Below, piece after piece: positions 13,488-26,285 of a DNA stretch of 64,000 bases. Under the pieces are notes generated by a model. It made no database searches. It saw only the letters and a list, made by a program, of their open reading frames with translations, and was not told the origin of the DNA. The stretch comes from Octopus bimaculoides. Lineage: Eukaryota. The position numbers were made by a program, and so were the translations under genes. The stretch spans positions 83,422,666-83,486,665 of the forward strand of contig NC_068988.1 of NCBI RefSeq assembly GCF_001194135.2. Reading direction: 5' to 3'. How positions within the stretch are numbered: position 1 is the stretch's first letter; each line of letters opens with the position of its first letter.

Positions 13488-14620
13488 TCAGCTGAAAGGT
13501 TCATAGGCTAACCAAATGAGTTTATTTTTAACATTGTTCCCCTTTGTGGTCCACATCAACCAGTTCAAAGCTACAGTCACACACAGTAGCCATTGAAGTC
13601 AAGGACTTGTGTGCTGGAGCATTTTTCTAATGAAACAAGACCACTTTCATAAATTTTCATAGGTATTTGGTCTTAATTGCCTTTTGTAACTGTCTCAGCA
13701 AGTTGGTATATTTCTCTCCATTGATGGTATGGCCCTTTTGAAAATAGTCAATAAACACAATACTTTTTGCTTGCCAAAAACCTGAGGCCATCATCTTCTC
13801 TGGAGATGAAACAACCTTGGCCTTCTTTGGAACAGAGGAGGTGTTTCCACTCCATGGATTGTTTCTCTGCCTCTAACTTAAAATGATGACCCCCAACTCT
13901 CAACTTAGCTTAGGAAATATTCGAGGAAACCAGCTAGATCTACCTCAAACAATGTCAGATTTTCTTGTGATGTAATCAGCCTGGTGCACTTCTGATCAGA
14001 TGTCAGAAGATATGACACCCACCAAGCAAAAACTTTCATCATGCCAAGTTCATTTGTAAAATACATGCTAATAGCATTGGCTATTTGAGTTATAGTCAAT
14101 AGCCTGTCATCCATCACCATGTGGTGAACACAATCAATATTTTCCTTGGTGGTGGCAGTGGCAGGGTGTCAGGACCTTCGGTCATTTTCAAGACTCTCTC
14201 TTCTCTTCCTAAATTCAGCTACCAGTTTTTGCCTTGTTGATAAAACTGAAGCATCATCTCCTAATGTAGCAACCATGACTGTATGAATGTCCTTGATGGC
14301 TAAACCCTTTTTCTGCAGATACTTGATAACACGATGATGCCAAATTTTGTCCATTTTCCACAGAAGTCACTACTAGTTACATTTGAAGTCTTCTTTGAAC
14401 AGTCAGATGTTAGTTACCTGGTAAGGAACAATGCAGTTACCAATAAGTTGGGTTGAAATTAATGCATGCAATTTTTCACAGCTCTAGCATCGCTCTTTCA
14501 TGGAGTGTTGTCTTTTGGCGTATGTAACCTGTGGAGTAGATTAACTGTCAGGGTACGCAGCATGTGAAATACAATGTAATTATTGAGGCACATACTTTGT
14601 AGGATGCAGTGCTTGCTTAA
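13488..14620 (-). mobile_element. Mariner-like transposon remnant, internally deleted
   Basis: Fragments MDKIWHHRVIKYLQKKGLAIKDIH..., DDRLLTITQIANA..., KVFAWWVSYLLT.DQK (WVPxxL-like), IVFIDYFQKGHTINGEKY and NAPAHKS. The right boundary is approximate. Confidence 0.8.
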
Positions 14621-15159
14621 ATAGACAAAGATCTCTTGTAGTTAGAAACAAGGGAGACGTAGTTAAACAGGCATGTGAGTAGTGTCTAACAGTAATTTAT
14701 TCTCTGAACATTTCTAGTCTTCTTCACTAACCAATATACATTCTTATACTTTTAGTTAGTGATTTTTCTCCTTGCTCCATTGAAGACAATGAAATACGAA
14801 TTAAAATAATAGTCAATGAATGGCTAATATTCCTAGTTTGCTTTTTAATCATTTTAATGTCCACTTTTCCATGCTTGCGTGGGTCAAATGGAATTCATGT
14901 AGATAGATTTTCTATGGCTGGTTGCCCATATTGTTGCAAATCCTCATCTGCTTCCAAGCAAAGTATTTTTACCCATGACCAGACCTGTTTACATAGAAGA
15001 TTGAAAACAAACACCACCACCTGTATGATGGTGATGTTTCTTTACAACCATCATGCAATGCCAAGGAAAGGAGATGCGCATGCGTGTGCACATACACACA
15101 CACTCACTCATACTCCTCATCCTCCTCATCATCATTTGTGTGAGTGAGAGGGAGAGATA

Positions 15160-16425
15160 TTAGGTTGTTTCGAAAATAATGGCTGATTTCAGAAACATAA
15201 TTTTATTCTGGAAAAATTAACAATAGAAATGTTTTGATTAGTCAAAGTATGAGCTGTGAACATCTATGCATCTCTGCCATCAATCATTGATAAAAACTTA
15301 TTGGCTTTGATGCTAAGAAATCTTTGAAAGCTGATTCCACCTGGTTTGGACGTGAAAGTTTTATCACTTAAAAATGTGTTTAAATGCTTTAAAAAAATGG
15401 TAAGTCTGTGGGTGAAAGATCAGGAGAATATGGAGGACGTGGTAAAGTCTCATATTGCAAATCTCTGAGTTTCTGCAGTGTCATTCTTGCAACATGTGGC
15501 CTTGCATTATCATGGAGCAGAATTGGGCCATTCCGATTCACCAATGCAGGTCTCATTTTTCACAAGTGAGCATGCATTTCAGTGAGCTGCTTGCAGTAAA
15601 CCTCTGCTGTAATGCTCTGATTGGCTTCTAGAAAACTGTAATGGACAACACCAATTGCAGACCACCAGACAGTCACTATAATCTTTTGCTAATGCAACTT
15701 TGGGTTTGGGAAATGTTTGGGGGACTCATCACAATCAAGCCATTGACATGGTCATTTATGGCTATCATAAAGGATCCACTTTTCATCACAAGTGACTGTT
15801 TGGTCAAGAAAAGGGTCTTAGCGTTTAGCAGAAAGAGCATCGAGCACACTTCAAAACGCTCAACTTTTTGATTTTCATTGAGCTCGTGCAGTACCCATTT
15901 ATCGAGCTTTTTCACCTTACTAATCTTCTGCAGATTGCCTAAGACTGTTGCAATACTGACACCAAATGCCTGAGGCATTTCTCTGACACTTTGACATGGG
16001 TTTTGTTCAACAATTGCTTTCAATTGTTCATTGTCAAGACTGCATGACTGTCCTCTACCTTCTTCATCTTCAAGGCTCTCATCACCACTACAGAATTTCT
16101 GAAACCACCTTCATACTGTGTAATCACTTGTGGACCCCTCCCCCATGCTCTGTTAGTATTGGCAGCAGTTTGGGAGGCATTGTGTCCAAGTGTGAACTCC
16201 TGCAAGAGAAGTAAGTGAGGGTCCTTTTTTGTCATGTTCATAATTAAGGACGCCTATGCTTCAAGAATGTTTTCTGTCTGAAATAAGTAGAAAATTATTA
16301 AACAGCATACATCAATTATTAAGTATGTTGAAATTCACCTAAAATATAATTAAAATACTATGATAAAATACTATGCATTTCAAAACACAACACTTAGAGT
16401 GGCCATTATTTTTGGAACAACCTAA
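15160..16425 (-). mobile_element. Full-length mariner element (1266 bp), transposase pseudogenised
   Basis: TIRs ttaggttgtttcgaaaataatggc and gccattatttttggaacaacctaa, each flanked by TA. Transposase fragments carry [13 protein letters not shown] and PPYSPDL, with frameshifts. Confidence 0.92.
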
Positions 16426-19279
16426 TATTTATATATGATGGGCTTCTTTCTGTTTCTGTCAATCAAATCCATTCACATGGTTTTGGTCAGCCTGGGACTA
16501 TAGTAGAAGACACTTGGCCAAAGTTCCACAAAATGAGACTGAACCCCAAACTATGTAGTTAGGAAGCAAACTTCTTAACAACACAATCATGCTTGTTCCT
16601 ATCATAGCCATGCCTTTGCATTGAACGTTAGCACTTACAGACATCCAAGAAAAAGGCCACCCAACTGATTGCCTCTAGCCTCTGATCTACTGGTATGCTC
16701 TTTCCTCTCTTTGCCTTTTCTGCTACTATTATAATGGTCTTTCCTTTCCAAATCTTTTGCTTTCAGAACTTTCATCTGGAATTCTCTCTTTTCTAATTTA
16801 TTTCCCCACAACTGTGGGAAATAGATGAGCAAGGAGAGAATTAATCATTTATCATCCACTTTTCTATGTTTGTATGGGTTGGATGAAATTTATTTGTGGC
16901 AGATTTTCTCTTGGTGGATTTCCTTCCTATCACAACCTTCATCTGATTCCCAACAAGGTAATATTTCCCCATGACCAGACGTACTTTCAGAAAATATTGA
17001 CAATGGATATTGTTCGTATGACAGTGACACTATCACTTGTCAAGATGAGAAGGCACAAACACAATTTCTCTCTCTCTCTCTTTCTTATATGATGAACTTC
17101 TTTCAATTTCAGTCTACCGAATCCACTTACAAGGTTTTGGTCAGCCTGGTCAGAAGACTCTTGCCCAAGGTACCATGCTGTAGGACTGAATCCAGAACTA
17201 TGTTGTTGGGAAGCAAACTTCTTACCACACAACCATGCCAGTGCCTATATGCCAAAATGCAAAAAAACATTACAGCCTCATTCTCTATTTTTTGTATTCA
17301 GGTCTGCTTTGAGACCATTTGATAGTTTTTACATCTAAAGATACTGATGCTCTTTTCTGACATTCACTGATCCAGTCATATAATCTCTTTATCTCTTTGA
17401 TGTTATTGTACCTAGTGTAATTGCATGTTCTTAAAATGATTTTAGTCAAAAAGAAATAACTATTCTTGTAATTGTTGCAGGGCTTCCAAGACTGATCCTG
17501 TGAATGATTGTTTACAATTGTAGTGAGTTGGTGAGATTGTCTAATCTAGGTCAGCTCTGATCAAGTAAACCTATGATTTTCAGCTATTCAGTGTAACCCA
17601 CCTTTGTTTAGCTAAAGATCGTACTTCATATTCTGGTATGTAAACACAGTTTGATCACAGTATTGAGTGGTATATGGCAGTTTGGGTATATTGTATTCTC
17701 TCCACTATCAAGTCTGTTTGTTTCTGTTATAGTCCTGGTTGTTTAGTCCTAGGTCAGCCTTGATTTTTGAGCCATGACTATCTTATCTTTCTGGAGCATC
17801 TATGTTTAATGAATTCCTTTTCTTACATATGATGGTAAGGTATGATTTGAGAGATATTGTTGCTATTTCTAACATGTCATGTGATCAAAAAGTCTCCTAT
17901 TTTTTCTCACAATATAGGTTTTGGTGTTCAGTACAGTGAATTGTCTCATAGATTTCAGTGGTAATGTGTGTTGAAGGTGGTTTATTCACAACTATGAATG
18001 GTTGAGTCCACTCTAGTTTTCTGTAACTCTGAGAATGGTGCTAGCTTCCAATAAACTCAATTCATTTATGGATCTTGCATATTACATTATATGGATTTTA
18101 TAGTGTTTTGATTTTAAATATTTTATTTCAACCATTCACCTAGAATCGTGTCTTTCTTAGGTGCTTGTGTGAAGTATTAAGTATAGTAACTGAAAGTTAA
18201 CAAAACTCTTGGTATCTATTTACAGCTAGGTAAATCGGGGCATCAGGAGTTGAGAGCCTTTTTCAGATATTCAGTACACAATTAGTGAAGTAAAATACTT
18301 CAATGGTTGGTTTGTTGCTTGGCTGGGATAGGATGGGTCTAGATTTTAGCTGCATAAATGGTTACCTTGAGGTAGATATTGTTTGGAATCTAAACCTTTC
18401 TGTATCATGCTGGCCTTGTATTGTAGTCTGTCTACGAGGAAAAAAGAGACTCTACAATATTCTCCCAACACAGTTATTCATGTTGAACATTTAATCTGTT
18501 TATCGTCACTGTCTTTCACTAATCTTTATTTATCCATCATTGGCTACAGGAGAAAGCAGCTGCTCTTTTTGTGCTGGGCTCTCTGACATGATTTGGGTCC
18601 ATGTGCAGCAACAGGTAGGTCTATTGCACTAGCATCATTGCAATATGGTGCTACACTGCTTCAGTATAAACACTGCTCCCCCCCTCTATAATTCACCTAT
18701 TTGCTTATTCTCAGGTTCAAAACCAAGCGATTTTCTTTGTGGGTCAGGATTTTTTTTAAAATTACCATTTCTTTCTCATCTTGGTTTCAACCACTGCTCC
18801 TGCCTGTAAGTATTACTCAAGGTGCTGCACACAATACATGCATTAGATGTGCATCCTCTCCTCTACATGACAGGTAACACAACTGTTGCACTACACTCGA
18901 AATGACATACCACATGCATATGCACAGTCAACATACCACATGCATATGCACACACTTGCATATATACTTAAATATGTACATACACATGCATGCACACATG
19001 GCCGCACATGCACACTTACATGTATGTGCATTGACACACACTAAAACGCAACATTAATATCACACTATTTTGACTTTACAAGCACACTACTCTAGAGTTA
19101 AAACTTTATAATATGAATATTACAGCTGCAAACCCATTACATGGCAATTGTACTATACACTGCATTGAAACACAGGCTATCACTACACTGTATAAATACT
19201 ATGTTATATATTTATGATGTTGTTCACGTTTACTATACTACATTGAAATACCATCTTTACAACTATATAAATACCATTT

Positions 19280-19435
19280 TAATATGCTTTATTATTAAAG
19301 CTGCAAAAATATTACAAAAAACTGCTACTCATAGTTTCACATTCCCGTTCATTGGGCAGTTGTGATCAAGAATGGCGTAGCAGTTTTTGTGATATTTTTG
19401 TGATGTTTTTATAGCTTTAATAATAAAGCATATTA
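19280..19435. repeat. Short fold-back / MITE-like inverted repeat
   Basis: taatatgctttattattaaagct and agctttaataataaagcatatta form a perfect 23-bp inverted pair, with further paired caaaaaactgctac and gtagcagtttttg. Confidence 0.65.
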
Positions 19436-20025
19436 CTCTACCTCCGGTATTCGAGTACTATTTTTTTCCCCACCTTGTTTCATATTTACGTACTTACTTG
19501 GGTGAATACCATAGTATGTAATTGCTAACCCTATAGACTACAAACATACTGCACTCTATGTTGCAAGGCTATATTGATGTTGACCTTAATATCATTGTGT
19601 CTATCAAGTCAATGTAGGCAACCAGGAAGGTAGCACTATGCTGACTTCACTAATATACTTCAGAGAATCTTTTGCAGTGCTGTGAGTGTGTGTTTTGATG
19701 TCAGTATGTATGATGCATGTGTATAGTTGATGTAACAGAAACAGCACACACACACATTATTAAACACCTACAGTTAATAACCATGAATAAAACATGTCAC
19801 ATTCTTTATTCCTAAATTTTTTCCCTATAATTTTGCTTAAACACCTTTTAAAAAATTTCTTCTTTTAGTTGGTTATACATTTATTGTTTTATTTGTATAT
19901 TTATTGGCATTTTTTTGCTGATCCTTTAGAATTTTCACATTTCTGCAGCAATTTGCAATAGGAAACTATTCCTGCTTAAATCTCACTTGGCAATTTTCTT
20001 TTTCAACCTAATGTTCAATTATTAC

Positions 20026-20068
<43 letters not shown>

Positions 20069-20117
20069 ATAGTATTATTATAATAATAGTATTATTATTA
20101 TTATTATTATTATTATC

Positions 20118-20705
20118 AAGGTGGCAAGCTGGCAGAATCATTAGCACACCGGGCAAAATGCTTAGCAGCATTTCATCTGTCTTTTCATTCTGAGTTCAAA
20201 TTCCACAAAGGTTGACTTTGCCTTACAACTTTTGAGGTTAACAAAATAAGTATCAGTTGAGTACTGGGGTCAATGCGATTGACTAACCCCCTCCCCCAAA
20301 TTTCAGGTTGCTTACTTATACAAGAAAGGATTATTATTATTGTTATTATGATCATCGTTAGCACACCAGGCAAAATGCTTTGCAGCATTTCATTCACCTT
20401 TGTTCTGAGGTTAACTTTGCCTTTTATCCTTTTGGGGTCAAGGCCTTGTGCCTATAGTAGAAAAGATTATTATTAAGGCAGCAAGCTGGCTGAATCATTT
20501 GCACACTGGACAAAATACCTAATGGTATTTTGTCCGTCTTTTCATTCTGAGTTCAAATTCCACTGAGGTTGACTTTGCCTTTCATCCTTTCAGGATCGAT
20601 AAATTAAGTACCAGTGAAGCATTGGGGATGATTTAATCAAGTAGTCCCCTCCCACAAAATTTCAAGCCTTGTGCCTATAGTAGTAAGGATTATTATTATT
20701 ATTGC
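20118..20705 (+). mobile_element. Three tandem family B SINEs following an (ATT)n tract
   Basis: Three repeats of ggcagaatcattagcac...aaatgcttagc...ttctgagttcaaattcc...gactttgcct, each separated by attattatt. Confidence 0.8.
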
Positions 20706-22852
20706 CATAAATTTTGAGGGAAGATACAGATGATTATATTGACACTTAACATCTATTTTATTGATCCCAGAAAAATAAGTCAGCAGTTTTTTTTATTTTC
20801 TTAATAAAAATTAATAGCTAATGTTTGAAGTTAAATCTGATCTGCACACTAAATCAAGATGGAACATCTTGCTAGCTTAGACATTAACCCTTCTATTACC
20901 ATATTTCTGTTGAAACACTCTACTTTTGTTTTAATTAGTTTTGAAAATAATGAAGGATTTAATAAAATAATTAATTATTAAGCTAGTGTTTGAAACACAA
21001 ATTAACATTAACTTTTTATGTAAAATTTTTAAATTTCAATTACTTTAAAGCAGGAAGTTTATATCATAGATCTAAAGGTGGTCTCGAGTGAATTGTTATC
21101 AAGAGTTTAGTGATAGTGAAAATAACTAAGTCTGACCCAGCTAATTTAAGAAGTGATTTCTAGATGAAATATTTGCTGGCCTATATTGAGGTGAGTACTT
21201 AGACCTGCAGATAAACATTTTCAGCTGCTAGCATGCATGTTCAGTAAGCTATACCTATTTAACTCCTGTCCACCAAGCTTTGTCTTAATTTTTGTCAGTA
21301 GTTTTGTTACTCTCTGCTCTCATATTATTTATAAATGTACCCTTTAGCTAAAAGTTGTTTTTTTTTCTTCTTTTTTTTTAATATTTTCTAAAATGCTATA
21401 CATAGATAAATTTTCTTTGCTGGTGTCACATTAAAAGCTCTCAGTCCATTCTGTGGGGTGATTGGTGTTAGGAAGGGCATCCAGCCATAAAAACCATGCC
21501 AAACAGACACAGAAGTCTGGTGCAGTCTTCTGCCTGGCTAGCTCCTCTCAAATCCAACCCATGCCAGCATGGAAGGCAAATGTTAAATGATGATGATCAA
21601 ATAGTTTTAAGAGATAGCCTAATACCTTGTTAATGTATTAAATGTGAGTTTGTTTTATCAAAACTCTGAAACTTTTCTTTATTGCTTGGTGGTAGAAGGC
21701 TTCCAAGGCCATGTATCCATGTTTTGGGTGATTTACATCTCTTAACAAAGTTTTAATTAAAAGTTAATCTACAACATTGAAGACAAGTGATTCTAAAGAA
21801 CACTTTACTGTAAGTTACAGGCTTTTTCTTTATCTAAACCAGTGTGTTGGCCAGTCAGGCAGTGAGCAATAGCGTGGTAGCCTTAGTGTTGGAAATAAGA
21901 CTATAAGAGCTAAGCAACATGCATAGAAGGAGTAGCAAAACCTGGGTAGCAATGAACAATACGAATAAACTTGATGGTTAGCGATAAAACAGGGCTTAGT
22001 TAGCCAAGAGAAAGTTAGTTTGAGAGGCTTGCAGTGTTGGGAGTTGCAAGGACATGGAATGTCATTGTTTGAGAAGTGTATTTAAATGATACAGTCACTC
22101 TTGGTTTCTAAAATAATATTTGGTGGAAGACATGGAAATGTCATTATGAGAAGTAAGTCTGTAGAGGTTAATCCATAGTGATGAGATAACATGAAAAAGA
22201 TGAAAGCTGTAGAAGTTATCAGAGATTGTTGCTGAGATTGTGAAAATATCAGGTTGTGTAGAATCTATTTTAAGTACTTAGGTAATGAGAGGTCCTTATC
22301 CTCTGTGATTAGTATAACAGTATCGACATAAACTGAGACAAGGGCAAAGGAGAGGCTTTAGAGAAAGGTATTACAGAGACTTAAGTGTGAAAATAGTAAT
22401 GAAAGGGAGTTGGTGTGGTTAATACAAGACAATAGAATTAGATTTATGCCTGAACATGGATCCACAGCTACCTTGTTTCCAGTGAAACTCTTGCAAGAAA
22501 AATTAAGAGCAAATAAACTAAAAACAAAATTTCTCATTCATTTGTTTATTGAAGATAGCATTTAATAGAGATCCATGTCTTGTGGGTGTGTGGTAAGTAG
22601 TTTGCTACCCAACCACATGGTTTTAGGTTCAGTCCTACTGCATGTCACCTTGACCAAATGTCTTCTACCATAGCTCAGGCTGACCAAAGCCTTATGAGTG
22701 GATTTGGTTGATGGAAACTGAAAGAAGCCTGTTGTATGAGTGTGTGCATGTGTGTGTGTATGTATGTGTATATATGTATGAACGTAACACGTACGTATGT
22801 ATGTATGTATGNNNNNNNNNNNNNNNNNNNNNNNNNNNNNNNNNNNNNNNNN

Positions 22853-22920
<68 letters not shown>

Positions 22921-23286
22921 GTGTATTAATAACAATAAAGAGAACAGAGACTTGTACATCATCATCACCATCGTCGTTGTTTAACGTCTGATTTCCATGC
23001 TGGCATGGGTTGGATGGTTTGATTCAGGGCTGGCAAGCCAGAAGGCTACACTAGGCTCCAGTCCGATCTGGCAGAGTTTCTACAGCTGGATGCCCTTCCT
23101 AACGCCAACCACTCTGAGAGTGTAGTGGGTGCTTTTTACGTGCCGCTGGCACAAGGGCCAGTCAGGTGGTGACAACCATACTCGACTGGTGCTTTATACA
23201 TGCCACTGGCATGGGACCCGTCAGCTGGCACTGGCATCGACCATGCTCGAATGGTGCGTTTTACGTGCCACTATCACGGGAGCTAT

Positions 23287-23425
23287 TACAGCATATTATA
23301 ATGACTTGTATATGTTTCTGCTGTACATGTTTCCACTGCAGCAACTACTGACTGTTGCAAATGCATTTGCAACAGTGAGTAGTCGCGGCAGTGGAAACAT
23401 GTGCAGGTCGTTATAAAATGCTGTA
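23287..23425. repeat. ~140 bp imperfect palindrome
   Basis: The centre ctgttgcaaatgcatttgcaacag is a perfect palindrome, and the arms pair out to tacagcat and atgctgta. Confidence 0.8.
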
Positions 23426-24959
23426 TATAACTGTAAAATAAATTTTATGGATGTACAAGTGTCCATATTTTTTCTTATTATTAATATATACTCCAGACAA
23501 TTTTTACTATCCAACAAAGAATACACGGAATTACCCATCAGAAGAATTCAGAGAGTGACTAATAACTAATTGTAGTCACAGACATTGAATACTGATCGTT
23601 GTGGTTAACTAGAACTTAAATAAGAGCTAATACAATATCCACCCAGATAATATATCCCTCCAAACTCACTTTATAAATATATATATATATGTAATATATT
23701 ATAATGTGTGTATTTGTCTCCTACTACCACTTGACAACCAGTGATGGTGTGTTTACATCTCCATAACTTAATGGTTCAGGAAAAGAGACCAAAAGTGCCA
23801 GGTTTAAAAAACTAAAATTCTCCAGGGCAATGTCCCAACATTGTCACAGTTTAATGACTGAAACAAGTCAAAGATAAAAGAAAGGACATGAATGATTTAT
23901 TGACATCATATATAAAGATGGTACTGTTAGGATGTGATTCTGCTGCAAATTCAGTAAATAATTATTTTTGTTTAACCCAAGGAAAACCCAACCGGGCAGA
24001 TTTATGATCAAAAGTGTTCCAAACAGGTCCATTTTGTCTTTTTCTTTTTTTATAGGTACAGTTTATTTAGGATTTCATCCAATGTGTGTCTTTTTTTTTT
24101 TTTTTTTTTTAAAGCTAGTAGGGTGTGATTTGATGGAGATTTTGTTGCTATTTCTAGATCAACTGAATGGCATAGTCTCTCTTGTTGACTTTATTTCATC
24201 ATAAGTTAAATATATCTGAACAAGATGGTGACTGGGCTGATCTATTAGTGTACCATTTTTGAGCTAGAAAGAAACGAGATCTATCTCTTTCACAATATCT
24301 ATATTTAACTAATAACACTCTTCTTCCTTTTGCATCTCATGAAAATTTTTTTTTTTTATACATCATTAATATAGAAGCATCAGCAGTCTCAGTCTCCAAG
24401 GGTTTAATTAAAAACTAGATTTTCTTTTATTTTTCAATATTTTAATCTTTCTCATTTTCATTTCAGAATTCCTTTGGGAGTTTGTAAATATTTTCACAGT
24501 TGTTATCTCCTTGGTGTTTCAGGTTCATCAAAAGTTTCAGTATAGAATAACAGTTGTTAGTGTGTGCTCTATTTATATACTGTTTATTAGCTATTGCCTA
24601 TTGTAATGAGTGGAGTGTAAAACTGGTTCCACCTCTTATGTAAAGCATCCAACTGTGAAAAAAAAAAAAAAAAAAAAAAATTGTCAAAATAAACATGGCC
24701 ATTTTACATCCATTTTTCTATGATTTTATGGTTGAAATGATTTGTTAGATTAATTGTTCTTACGGCCAGATACTTTTCCTATCACTCAGTATTCAAGTAT
24801 GAAATAGATCTTTTTTCCCTTCATTCAAATAGAGGGGGAAAAAAAAGATACCTTATTCATACACTACACTATGTGTAGCAAGAAAGCGATAAAAACATGG
24901 CCGTGTGGTCAGTGAACCAGCATCATGTATATTTAGTTTAGCATCAACACTATTTTTAG

Positions 24960-25180
24960 CCCTTTAGTATTTACACCAGCCATATCGGGCCCTAATAATT
25001 TACCTGTTTTATATACAAACTGGCCATATCAGGCCTTTCACACCTACTCTACAATGTCATTTTAAAACTAAACAGCCACATCATCAAAATCTCCAGATTA
25101 CAAGATAATGCCTGATTAATTCCAAAATAATTTTAATGAATAAACATTACATCTGACAGAGTAATCTGAATACTAAAGGG
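24960..25180. mobile_element. piggyBac-like MITE (related copy at ~43030-43245)
   Basis: TIR CCCTTTAGTATT and AATACTAAAGGG, flanked by TTAG and TTAA (TTAA-type target). Confidence 0.7.
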
Positions 25181-25559
25181 TTAATCCTTTGTCATATTTC
25201 TGTTGAAATACTCTACCTTTGTTTCAATTAAATTGTTCATTATTTTCAAAATTAATAAAATAACTGTACTTATTGAGCTAGTGTTTGGCACATGAAGTAA
25301 CATAATTTTGATTGCTTTAAAACAGATAATTTGTTTTGGAACCAGAGGCAGTCTCAGGCAGGGAGGTTTGGAAAGGGTTAAATGTAAAGGACATATTGAA
25401 AACGAACTCCACAAGTGATTGCCTGCATCTACATTTTGTTTAAATCCTACATTAATCATCATAGTGTGTGTGTAATGTTATGTTATGTATGTATGTGTAA
25501 TTTTATGCATACCTCTTCAATCTCAGTATAATGTGTGTTTTCTCAAACTCTTGTTTCAG

Positions 25560-25719
25560 AATCAGACAATACCTTCTCGCGCAAACATCCTGTATGCTGT
25601 TGGTTGTCTTGTATGCTGACCTGTTTCGCTGGGAGCATTCTTGCTAACTTGTTACTTGGAGAAGCCTGCTTGATACCATTTAAAAACCACACAGATATCC
25701 TAACAGCCACAGCAGTATG
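25560..25719 (+). CDS. TMEM38: Trimeric intracellular cation channel (TRIC/TMEM38 family), first detected coding exon (probably exon 2)
   Basis: ttgtttcAG acceptor and TG|GTAAAT donor; 160 nt, phase 1 to 2. Encodes SDNTFSRKHPVCCWLSCMLTCFAGSILANLLLGEACLIPFKNHTDILTATAVW, matching the TRIC RKHP..CWL..ML..FAG..L.N.LLGE signature recalled from invertebrate TRICs. Confidence 0.93.
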
Positions 25720-26186
25720 GTAAATGGAAATTTTGTTTACTTTTCAGCAGCATGTGGAGTTGTGAGCAGTGGTTGGGATGTCAGGTCTTTACTGTATAGC
25801 TGTAATGATTTAGAGTCAGAGAGAGACTACATGTAGCTTGCTGGAACAATCCTTAAAAATCTCACTAACTGTTCCCCTTTTATATTTTGATCCTTTCTCT
25901 TTATTATTCTTATAACATACCTTCCTATTTATATTTTCCACCCCTCCTTAACAAGAGGGTTATACATATCTGCATCATCATTGTTTTAATGTTTACTTTT
26001 CCATGCTTGCATGGGTCAAATGGAATTTGTTGAGGTAGATTTTCTATAGCCAAATGCCTTCCTGTTGCCAACTCACACCTGTTTCCTAGCAAGATATTTT
26101 TATGGAATATTGAAAACAAAGAACACCTTGAGTGGCAGTGACTCTCATTCACAACAATCATACAGTCAAGACAAGGAAAACACACA

Positions 26187-26188
<2 letters not shown>

Positions 26189-26282
<94 letters not shown>
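26189..26282. repeat. (CT)n microsatellite; many other (TA)n, (CA)n, (ATT)n and (GAT)n tracts occur across the window
   Basis: Direct reading. Other examples: (TA)n ~39782-39843, (CA)n 22853-22917, (ATT)n ~20020-20115, (GT)n ~41630-41667 and ~57384-57418. Confidence 0.97.

Positions 26283-26285
<3 letters not shown>

Noticed and set aside
21711-21731. MYPCFG, resembling TRIC MYPYFD
   Set aside because: Immediate stop and no flanking similarity.
22456-22485. ATG GAT CCA CAG (MDPQ), resembling a TRIC start
   Set aside because: Stop codon after 9 codons, no further similarity and no donor in the needed phase.
22562-22991. ORFs rich in CV, HT, YI, ER or SL repeats (also ~25925-26307 and 39719-39990)
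   Set aside because: Translations of dinucleotide microsatellites.
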